Source of the DNA: Phyllobates terribilis
Taxonomy: Eukaryota
Direction: 5' to 3'
DNA length: 64,000 nt
Assembly: GCF_046119375.1 (NCBI RefSeq)
Contig: NW_027362767.1
Coordinates: 379,750,001 to 379,814,000, forward strand
The position numbers and the translations under genes are program-made. Numbering within the stretch: position 1 is the first letter of the stretch; each line of letters begins with the position of its first letter. Below, one piece after another: positions 36,818 through 46,247 of the stretch. The notes under the pieces are model-generated. The model saw only the letters and a program-made list of their open reading frames with translations. It had not been told where the DNA came from and did no database searches.

Positions 36818-37801
36818 GGACTCCTACAGCCGTCAATCAGTAGTAGGTCCGCCCTTTGGACTTCTACAGCCGTCAATCACTAGTAGGTCCGCCCTTTGGA
36901 CTTCTACAGCTGTCAATCACTAGTAGGACCGCCCACTGGACTCCTACAGCCGTCAATCACTAGTAGGACTGCCCACAGGACTCCTACAGCCGTCAATCAC
37001 TAGTAGGACCGCCCACAGCCGTCAATCACTAGTAGGACCGCCCACTGGACTCCTACAGCCGTCAATCACTAGTAGGACCTCCCTCTGGGCTTCTACAGCC
37101 GTCAATCACTAGTAGGACCGCCCTCTGGACTTCTACAGCCGTCAATCACTAGTAGGACCACCCTCTGGACTTCTACAGCCGTCAATCACTAGTAGGACCG
37201 CCCTTTGGACTTCTACTGCCGTCAATCACTAGTAGGACCGCCCTTTGGACTCCTACAGCCGTCAATCACTAGTAGGACCGCCCACAGCCGTCAATCACTA
37301 GTAGGACCGCCCACTGGACTCCTACAGCAGTCAATCACTAGTAGGTCCGCCCTTTGAACTTCTACAGCTGTCAATCACTAGTAGGACCGCCTACTGGACT
37401 CCTACAGCCGTCAATCACTAGTAGGACTGCCCACAGGACTCCTACAGCCGTCAATCACTAGTAAGACCGCCCTCTGGACTTCTACAGCTGTCAATCACTA
37501 GTAGGACCGCCCTTTGGACTTCTACAGCCGTCAATCACTAGTAGGTCCGCCCTTTGGACTTCTACAGCCGTCAATCACTAGTAGGACCGCCCACTGGACT
37601 CCTACAGCCGTCAATCACTAGTAGGTCTGTCCACTGGACTCCTACAACTGACAATCACTAGTAGGTCCGCCCACTGGACTTCTACAGCCGTCAATCACTA
37701 GTAGGTCCGTCCACTGGACTCCTACAACTGACAATCACTAGTAGGTCCGCCCACTGGACTCCTACAACTGACAATCACTAGTAGGACCGCCCTCTGGACT
37801 C
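36818..37801. repeat. 40-bp minisatellite (~24 copies) upstream of the FANCF coding exon
   Basis: Unit GGACTTCTACAGCCGTCAATCACTAGTAGGACCGCCCTCT, with occasional shortened units. Confidence 0.92.
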
Positions 37802-37999
37802 ACATTCTAAGACAGGTGTGGTTTAAGGCGAGGCTCCACACTGAATAAGGTGAACACGTGAATTGGTGGCATCAGGACTCGGTGTTCTGGTGCAGAGCTG
37901 ACCCCCATCACCTATAATTACACACATACTTGCCAACTCTATTTTTCCGGAAGTTCCATGTGGGATCGCAACGCTGAACTCCAAACCACGCCCCTTCAT

Positions 38000-38600
38000 T
38001 AGAGGGGGCACCCCTCCGCGGAACCGTCTTTATCTAGTCAGCCGCCGCTCTCTGAGGTGAGCAGTCCCTGATAGCGGCTCTTCCTCAATCGATCACATAC
38101 GTTCTATAACGGCGTCCAAACAGCTTCACTGGCAGCAGCAGCGACTCTGCCCTTAGTAAATATGTCCGACGGCGTGGTGAGCGTACGTAAGTCGCGCAAG
38201 GATGACGTCACGGCCGCTCATTTTTGGGCAACAGATTACAAGAAGCCAATCGGAGTTCCCTGATCTAAAATGGCCGCTGAGGGTTACACATATTTCAGCG
38301 TTTCCGGATGACGTCACGGGGACAACGGAAAACGTCATTATTGTGTGTTTTTTTTTTTTTTTTTTTATAGGCAAGAGAGAGCGAGCAGAATGCCGAAGAG
38401 CTGCGTGGTCCCGGAGTGCAGGAGAGCGGAGACAGGCAGGGAAAGTTACTACAAGTGAGTGCGGGGCTGCTGCGCCTGTGTGGGGGAGGGGGCGGTGTGA
38501 CCTGTGCACAGGGACGTGCGGCTGGAAGTTCACTAGTGGCGGAGTCACCGCCCGGGCCGTGCAGTGCGTGGGGCGCGAACTCCGGACCGAACTTCTAGTC
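38000..38600. promoter_or_regulatory. CpG-rich, probably bidirectional promoter between FANCF and the THAP gene
   Basis: High CpG density, two CRE palindromes TGACGTCA (38203-38210, 38309-38316), CCAAT (38246-38250), YY1-like AAAATGGCCGC (38267-38277) and ETS-like TTCCGG. Confidence 0.7.
38390..38454 (+). CDS. THAP8: THAP-domain protein (THAP8/THAP5 subgroup), coding exon 1
   Basis: Encodes MPKSCVVPEC (first two Zn ligands)...SYY. Donor AA|GTGAGT. An acceptor ending at 38370 implies an upstream non-coding exon. Confidence 0.75.
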
Positions 38601-39140
38601 ACTTCCTTGTTGTATTTCATCTGTTTATTAGTGTTAACCATTTCCCCGCCAGACACTTTTTTTTTTTTTTTATAAGCTGTTTTTTTTTGTCCTTTATTTT
38701 TTAAGGACTGTAAATAATTTTTCTCGTTCAGATGTTGAAATACCGTAACTTTTTTTTTTAATCTTTTTTTTTTTGTTTATTATGCCGACATTTTTTAAAT
38801 TTTTTTTTACTTCTCTTTTATCTATCAGCTATCAGGAAAAATAATAGTAAAAACAAACAAAAAAACTCCAACAAAACAACCTATTGATCTGTGTTGGAGA
38901 GAAAAAAAAAATATATATTTTTCCTCTCCAGTAAGGAGCCCTGAAAACATTTTGTTTACTTTTCAGTAACAATGTTTCTTATCTATGGGACACAGTTTTT
39001 TAATCTTGTATGATGGAGTCAGGCCAGTAATAGTGATGCTGACTTGTAGCTTTTTTCTTTAGATGATTATTTATTATTTTTTTTCCCTACTTTTTATTTC
39101 ACACATTAGGTCCTAAATTAACTTAGGGAGGCATTTAAAT

Positions 39141-39583
39141 CAGGGCTGTACAGTCGGTTTAAAATGGACAGACTCTGACTCCTAAAATATATAATACATT
39201 TACATTGGGTTCAGTAGTACAATGCAGGATGTGCTGGAAATGTTTCCATAAGAATTTGGGAAAGTTATGAAATGTCCTATAAATGTCTGTTCCTGATCTA
39301 AGGATCTCGGCGTTTAGTTGAGATGAATCCGGGCTGCACGTCGTGTACGCGCTCAGTGGTGAGGCCGGGCGGCTGCACGTCGTGTATGCGCTCAGTGGTG
39401 AGGCCGGGCGGCTGCACGTCGTGTACGCGCTCAGTGGTGAGGCCGGGCGGCTGCACGTCGTGTACGCGCTCAGTGGTGAGGCCGGGCGGCTGCACGTCGT
39501 GTACGCGCTCAGTGGTGAGGCCGGGCTGTGAAGTTGGGGAAATTGAGGAGTTTGGGATTTGGCTCACCGACTCCACAGCCCTG
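39141..39583. mobile_element. Second copy of the hAT-type MITE, containing a 39-bp GC-rich tandem array (~39325-39527)
   Basis: TIRs CAGGGCTGT and CCGACTCCACAGCCCTG. Shares internal sequence with 32080-32405. Imperfect TSD ATTTAAAT/ATTTTAAA. About 5 copies of GGGCGGCTGCACGTCGTGTACGCGCTCAGTGGTGAGGCC. Confidence 0.8.
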
Positions 39584-40030
39584 ATTTTAAATACTTTTTT
39601 AAATCCGTTTTTCCCTGTAATAGTATTGGGTATATAACCCCCAGATTTGGGTCTATTGGGACCGAGCAGCTCCTGGTCCCCGGTCATCGGTAGGACAGGA
39701 GCTCTGTGCTTCCTATACTGTATACACAGAGATCCAGAAGGCAGAGCTGGTAGTAAACCCTCGCTGCCTTCCTTATGGGGAGTCTGGCTGTGTCTGACCC
39801 TCATCTCGCAGTGCACAATTTCGTCAGCTGCTTTCTCTTCAGTGACACTTTAGAACATTCCTGGACTACCGTGTCCATTTTAGTGTCCATTTTAGGACAT
39901 GATCAGATATCAAAATCAAACATCAGAATGATGTCAGTTTGAGGCTAAATACCCTGTCTGAGAACTGATTTTGACGAGTGACTTTTACAACTGTAGTAAT
40001 AATAATAATAATAAAAAGTAACTATTCACT

Positions 40031-40090
40031 GATGGGACTTGAACCCAAAATTCTGTGTCCCAAAGCCAGTGCACTAACCACTAAGCTATT
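40031..40090 (-). ncRNA. tRNA-like Pol III cassette (Pro-TGG-like pseudo-tRNA) in the left arm; mirror copy at ~41870-41925 (+)
   Basis: A box TAGCTTAGTGG, loop GCTTTGGGA, B box GGGTTCAAGTCC and downstream TTTTT. No proper acceptor stem. Confidence 0.55.
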
Positions 40091-40346
40091 AACTTAGTTG
40101 TCTAAAACTCATTGGGACATATGCACAGACTGCAAGCAAGCCAAATTCAAATGATGTTTGATTTTGATGTGTGAGTCTGATGTGTGACTTTCTTCAAACA
40201 TCAGAATCAGAATCACAATGACTTTTTGACTTTGTCACCCTGAGTATTTTCATGGTTGATCTCATAAGACAAGAAAAGCTACTAGTTGCTATCACTTGAC
40301 TGGATAGTGCAATGGTAAGGCATCAGTCTCTCAAACTACAGTATCA

Positions 40347-41101
40347 GGCTATGTGCCCACGATGCAGAAATGAAGCAGAAAATTTCTGCAGCATTTCTGC
40401 ATCTCCCTGGCAAAAAAAACTTATGCAGATTGTGCATGCGTTTTTCCTGCAGAATACATGCGTTTCCGCATGCAGATTGACAAGCACTTTCCAGGCGATA
40501 GCATCACTTGGAAAGTGCTTGACAACTAGGTCACACTATATAAATCCATGCAAACAGCATGGATTTATACAGTGTGAGCAGTGACCGTAAAAATTAAAAA
40601 AATAAAGCTATACTTACCTCCGATGCTGTCGCACTCCTTCCTGGTTCCTTCCTGGCTTGCCGGCATCTCGCGAGACATGACCGCGACGTCATCTCAGGTC
40701 CTGGAAGGAGAAGCGCTGCAGGGGCCGCCGGACAGGTGAATATAAACTTTATTTGTTATTTTATTCTTTTTTTTACAGGTACATTGGTACCCAGGTCTGG
40801 ATGAGAGTCTTCTCTCCTCCAGAACTGGGTACCATCCGCACATTGAAACACATATTATCTGCTTGTACAAATGTACAGACACGGATTCTATGCGTCTCAA
40901 TGCAAGTCAATGGTGGCGCTTCCGCAAAATTAATGAACATGCTGCGGATTTATGAGCGCTGCAGAAACGCTGCGGAAAAATCCGCAGCATGTGCATTGAC
41001 ATTGCGGAATGCCATTGGGGACCATGGGTGCGGATTACCATGCGTTTTTGATGCGTTTCCGCTGCGGAAATGCATGAAAAACTCGTCGTGTGCACGCAGC
41101 C
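40347..41101. mobile_element. PIF/Harbinger-type MITE nested in the foldback left arm
   Basis: TIRs GGCTATGTGCCCACG and CGTGTGCACGCAGCC, with 3-bp TSD TCA. It splits the tRNA-like cassette that is intact in the other arm. Confidence 0.8.
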
Positions 41102-41557
41102 TCAGAGTTCAAATCCTGATAGGAAGAAGGATGTTTCTTTTTTTTTTTTTTTCTTAATTATGACTGTTTAGCACACAAACTACAGGGGTGTTTTACTTTT
41201 AATATCTGACACTCTGATTGTCATACTGATGTGTTAAGAGTTTCAGACACGCTGTATATTTGCATGGTAAATTACATAGCCAAAGTAAATTGTAAATATT
41301 TACAATAAAGACATTTTATCATTAGACCCCTTTAAGAAATTATGCAAATATAAAGTCACTTGGAAATAGATATGTAGTAAATTAGTGCCTCCCAATTTAC
41401 TTTGACTATGTAATTTACCATGCAAATAGACAGCATGTCTGAAACTCTGTCATCTTGATGTATTAAATCAGTGTCAGATATTAAAAGTAAAACACCCCTG
41501 TAGTTTGTGTGCTAAATAGTCATAATTTAAAAAAAAATAAAAAATAACAATCTTATT

Positions 41558-41625
41558 CCTATCAGGATTTGAACTCTGACACTGTAGTTTCAGAGACTGA
41601 CGCCTTACCATTGCGCTATCCAGTC
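41558..41625 (-). ncRNA. tRNA-like Pol III cassette (Gln-CTG-like pseudo-tRNA) in the right arm
   Basis: A box TAGCGCAATGG, loop GTCTCTGAAAC, B box GAGTTCAAATCC and downstream T-runs. Acceptor stem does not pair. Confidence 0.55.
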
Positions 41626-42717
41626 AAATGATAGTAGCTGACAGCTTTTCTTGTCTTATGAGATCAACGATGAAAATACTCAGGATGACTAAAAGTCATT
41701 ATGATTCTGATGTTTGAAGAAAGTCACACATCAGACTCACACATCAGAATCAAACATCATTTGAATTTGGCTTGCTTGCAGTCTGTGCATACGTCCCAAT
41801 GAGTTTTAGACAACTTTGCACTGAAAATCATATAACCAAACAGAATTCCAAGGCTTTTACAACTAAGTTAATAGGTTAGTGCACTGGCTTTGGGACACAG
41901 AAATTTGGGTTCATGTCCCATCAGCGAACAGTTACTTTTTTTTTTTATTATTATTACTGGTGTAAGAATCGCCCGTCGGAATCGCTTCTCAGACAGGGTA
42001 TTTAGCCTCAAACTGACATCATTCTGATGTTTGATTTTGATATCTGATCATGTCCTAAAATGGACACTGTACTGGACATTTTACGTCCATGGGCGGTTTG
42101 GAAGCAGCTAATGATGACAGTAGAGACAATAGACCGGGATCATCCATAAAACCCCTTCAGTCAATTAATTTTACAGCTATGTAATTGATGCAAACCGCCG
42201 TGAATGTGCAGATGTATACTTGCTATGTTACCGATACAGAGAACTCTGATCCCGGGTGTTTAATTCCCTTGAGGGCACAGTCCATAGTGATTGCTGCATC
42301 AAGGTAGCTAGGTAGAGGGACATGCATATTCTGTCATGGTGGGTGGATGGGTAATGATGCCCCACTCCAGGTCTGCCAACGGTACAGTCAGACGACTGTA
42401 TAAATTGGAGTGCAGTTCACAGATTGGCTTGCGGCTCTCCCTGTATATTTCTATACAGCTGTCACGCTCGGGTCAGGAGAGCCGTCGGTCAGTCTGTGCA
42501 CTGCGTTCCGATCTCGTTCCCATTTATCCGGCCGTCTGACTGCACCTTAAGCTTACAGGGATTAATAGGAAAAATGTGACAGGGACAGTACATGGTACAT
42601 TATATAGGTGATCACATTCCCTTGAAGGAAATGTGTTATCAGAAAAGGACCTATTGTTTAAATAGAGGTTTTGTGTGTTTTTTTTTCACACTGGCCACTA
42701 GGCCTAATACTAGACTC

Positions 42718-42950
42718 ACAGGATCCACATTCACAATAGGTGATGTCACAGCTCACCTCTTCCTCCTCCTGTACAGTGACTGATAACACCTCTATATACA
42801 GTAGATAACACAGGATCCACCATTCACAATAGGTGATGTCACAGCTCACCTCCTCCTCCTCCTGTACAATAACTGATCGCACCTCTATATACAGTAAATA
42901 ACACAGGATCCACCATTCACAATAGAGGATGTCACAGCTCGCCTCCTCCT
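42718..42950. repeat. ~90-bp tandem repeat (about 2.5 copies)
   Basis: GGATCCACCATTCACAATAGGTGATGTCACAGCTCACCTCCTCC... recurs three times. Confidence 0.75.
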
Positions 42951-43245
42951 CTCATAATGACTTTTGTCAACTGAAAAACAAAAAAGAATATGAAGACAGA
43001 AAAACAAATGCTATTTTAAATGAAGCCTTCCTTGTCTATGACTCTTGTATGTCGGTGGTGTAAAAAATATTCTGTATATCATATAGAGTCCAAAATTGTC
43101 TTTAAGAAGGTGATTAGGTAACAGACGTGCGCTCTGGTTCTGGCGATGGTGCTGGAGTCGGCAATGCTCTGCAGACGACTGTACGGAGGTGACATCCAGC
43201 GCCTCCATCGTTTTTCACATGACTGATTCTCCTTGTTTCCCCCAG

Positions 43246-43438
43246 GTTTCCATTACATGACAAAGTGCGTCTCAAGCAATGGCTGACAAACCTGAATGTA
43301 GAAAACTTCTTCCCCACGAAAAACCAGTATCTTTGCAGCAAGCACTTCAGACCGTCTTGTTTCCATATTCGGTGGGGGGTCCGCTACCTCAGACATGACG
43401 CTGTCCCCACCATCTTCTCCTCCGGCCCGATTGTGTCG
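43246..43438 (+). CDS. THAP8: THAP gene coding exon 2 (rest of THAP domain)
   Basis: Encodes FPLHDKVRLKQWL...LCSKHFRPSCFHIRWGVRYLRHDAVPTIFS: C2CH ligands and AVPTIF box. RWGVRYLR is THAP8/THAP5-type. Acceptor CCCCAG, donor GTAGGT. Confidence 0.88.
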
Positions 43439-44383
43439 GTAGGTATTCTGTACTTGATCTCTTCTTTCTCGCTTATAGAGATGAGCGAATAGATTAGCAG
43501 GACCCTGGTCCAGTGGTCATCTTGGTACTCTCCAAGCCCTGCGAACCTCTTTCTCTTTCCTACTTGCTGGCATTTCCGGCTCCTCTTCTGATTTGTAGGC
43601 CTGGTGCAGGGCCATCATTGTGGCCTGACGTCACGGTGGTCTACTAATGAGAAGAGACATCGACAGGGCTCCCGTCCGGTGGCCGCGGAATACTGACATT
43701 GACGCTGAAGCAATCCACTCATCTCTACGATCTGTCTCCATTTGTAAGATGCATAAATGCTAGAGATGGGAGAATCGATTCGCGGGACTCTGGTCCATCC
43801 GCAGGACCGCTAGATGGAGACCTGTGCCTCTCCTCCTCCCGGTATGTCCAACTCTTCCTTTGATTAGCCAGGCCGACACCATGGAGTGTGTTTCAGGCTT
43901 CAATGATGACGACACACCAGTCTGGCTAATCAGAAGAAGAGCAAGGAGTTGAGGAGATTCACCAAGTTCTCCCTTTGAGCGGTCACAGTTTACAGAACTG
44001 GCCAATGGACCAGAGTCCTCTAAATCTTCTCTGTGCTTGTCGTCTTGGACTTCTCTGGGTCCTGGTAAAGGTAATAGAGCCCATAGACGTCTATAGGAAT
44101 ACAAGCTTGTGCAGAAAGTGCATGTGTTTGGTGGTGTCCATCGATTTCTGAGGGCTTCAGTGGAACCTATGGAAATCTGAGCAGAAAAAGGAGAATTCCT
44201 ACTACACACAGGATGTTCAAAACATAACATTATGATCTTTGGGACCCCTGGTAATCCTAAGACTATTCCCCTAATTATTTGCCCTTTTTTAAAAAAAATT
44301 GCATGTAACATACAATAGGAAACTGCTACTGGGCCAGAAACTCTTCATGTGATCATCTTCTAATCCCTTCTTCTGTATTTCAG

Positions 44384-45361
44384 AGCCGAATACAAGTGAC
44401 TAAGCCCAGAACACTGAACCCCACGCAGAATTTATCTAATGAAGTCTGCATGTCGGCAGTTTCACCTCTGATCATCAGCGAAACCCAGGTTCTTCCAGAC
44501 ACTTTGACAATTGCTCTGGATCCAACTTCCTCCATGGGTCAGATTTCCATAGACGGAGCTGAGCTTCTGCTGAACGCAGACCCCAGTGCAGTCGTGGGAG
44601 CAGTGAATCTGGTACCACTAATTCATTTTGTTGAATCCTTTGACGGGTTGTCACTGGCCCTGGCACCATCTCATGGCTTCCAGTCTGTAGCGTTACCCAT
44701 TGAGGTGTCAGGAGAACACCAGATACAACAGATTCCTTTGGTTGAACCACTTGGTTTCCTGTCTGAAGAACACATTGCTACCACCACATTACAGCATGAC
44801 TACGTTTTACAGTCTGTTGAAGATGAAGTCCCTGCCGTCTTTGAGATCACTTCAGGGTCTAATCATGATGCTTTGGTGGTGGAAAACATCTCAATCGAAC
44901 CCTTTTTTGAAGTGGGGTTACCCACACCACCTCCAGCCACAATGACCACAGAGGATGTGATGTCCTATTTAGAAACCATGCAAACAGCCACCCTTGTCCC
45001 CGTACCATCTTCTGGTCCTCTGCCACCATTGATACCTTCTCAAGAGACCATATTGTCAAGCTCTACTGAAAGTCCCATAACTTCTACCGTTCCCATCGTG
45101 TCAAAACGTATCTATGAGGTGTCATCCAGTGACGAGTCAGCAGACTTCAGCACAGAACTATCAGAGGAACCAGACGAACTTCCGGAAACTTTATCGACCG
45201 CTGAGATGGTCTCTGTAGTGATGAACTTGCAGCAGAAAGTAATGACCCTACAACAGCGACATCAGAAGCATTGCTCCAAGCTGGAGGTTATGGAAGGCGT
45301 TGTGGACCAGTTAAAGAAGGAAAACTTGATTTCAGAGGATAAGCTTAACTTTCTGGATCTG
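44384..45361 (+). CDS. THAP8: THAP gene coding exon 3 (low-complexity region and coiled coil)
   Basis: 978-bp open exon, phase 0/0, acceptor TTTCAG and donor GTAAGT. Coiled coil LQQKVMTLQQRHQKHCSKLEVMEGVVDQLKKENLISE. Confidence 0.85.
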
Positions 45362-45459
45362 GTAAGTGGATAGACTGTATGGAGGTTAAGTCTAACTCAT
45401 ATATTTACATCCCTGGAAGCCTTAGGGGCCTGTGCTCGCATCCCCGGTAGCCTTAGGGG

Positions 45460-45960
45460 TCTGTGGTAGCGTCCCCGGTGGTCTTGTGGGGGAAGGCCTG
45501 TGGTCGCGTCCCCGGTGGTCTTGTGGGGGAAGGCCTGTGGTCGCGTCCCCGGTGGTCTTGTGGGGGAAGGCCTGTGGTCGCGTCCCCGGTGGTCTTGTGG
45601 GGGAAGGCCTGTGGTCGCGTCCCCGGTGGTCTTGTGGGGGATGGCCTGTGGTCGCGTCCCCGGTGGTCTTGTGGGGGAAGGCCTGTGGTCGCGTCCCCGG
45701 TGGTCTTGTGGGGGATGGCCTGTGGTCGCGTCCCCGGTGGTCTTGTGGGGGATGGCCTGTGGTCGCGTCCCCGGTGGTCTTGTGGGGGATGGCCTGTGGT
45801 CGCGTCCCCGGTGGTCTTGTCGGGGATGGCCTGTGGTCGCGTCCCCGGTGGTCTTGTTGGGGATGGCCTGTGGTCGCGTCCCCGGTGGTCTTGTCGGGGA
45901 TGGCCTGTGGTCGCGTCCCCGGTGGTCTTGTCGGGGATGGCCTGTGGTCGCGTCCCCGGT
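45460..45960. repeat. 37-bp GC-rich minisatellite (~13 copies) in THAP intron 3
   Basis: Unit GGCCTGTGGTCGCGTCCCCGGTGGTCTTGTGGGGGA(A/T). Confidence 0.93.
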
Positions 45961-46106
45961 AAGTTTTCCAGAATGAGTAGTTCCTTGCGATTGCCATATG
46001 TCCTGGCTGGTGGTGTACTGGGTTGGGCTATCCGCCCTCATAATGTCTATATAATGTAGTGCTGACCCTTCCTTGAAGTTTGTGTTTTTATTTTTATTTC
46101 TTTTAG

Positions 46107-46247
46107 TCCTGTCTGAACACCACCACTATACAGACAGACGATACGGAGACCATTGCCATTGTCTGTGAAGACGAGGACCAAGGCCTGCTGTACGCTGTGC
46201 CCCTCCAGGGTGAAAACCGGACAATCCTCCGCATAGAGAAGTCATAG
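46107..46247 (+). CDS. THAP8: THAP gene last coding exon
   Basis: Acceptor TTTCTTTTAG. Encodes SCLNTTTIQTDDTETIAIVCEDEDQGLLYAVPLQGENRTILRIEKS*. Total CDS 1377 bp (458 aa). TIAIVCE recalls THAP8 TFTIICG. Confidence 0.72.
   Translation, partial: SCLNTTTIQTDDTETIAIVCEDEDQGLLYAVPLQGENRTILRIEKS

Larger units (their letters stand above)
39869..42069. mobile_element. Foldback (long-TIR) non-autonomous DNA element with tRNA-like cassettes
   Basis: Left arm (39869-40346 plus 41105-~41290) is the reverse complement of the right arm (~41395-42069). Ends C(C/A)GTGTCCATTTT, flanked by TA on both sides. Confidence 0.85.

Noticed and set aside
22269-37801. CRISPR-like appearance of the 29-bp and 40-bp arrays (also the 37-bp array at 45460-45960)
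   Set aside because: Units are head-to-tail with no unique spacers, there are no cas genes, and the context is eukaryotic.
40031-41925. Functional tRNA genes
   Set aside because: A and B boxes are present but acceptor stems do not pair, and the copies are embedded symmetrically in a transposon. Reported as pseudo-tRNA cassettes only.
45397-46059. Overlapping 160-210 aa ORFs on both strands
   Set aside because: They are products of the 37-bp minisatellite inside THAP intron 3.
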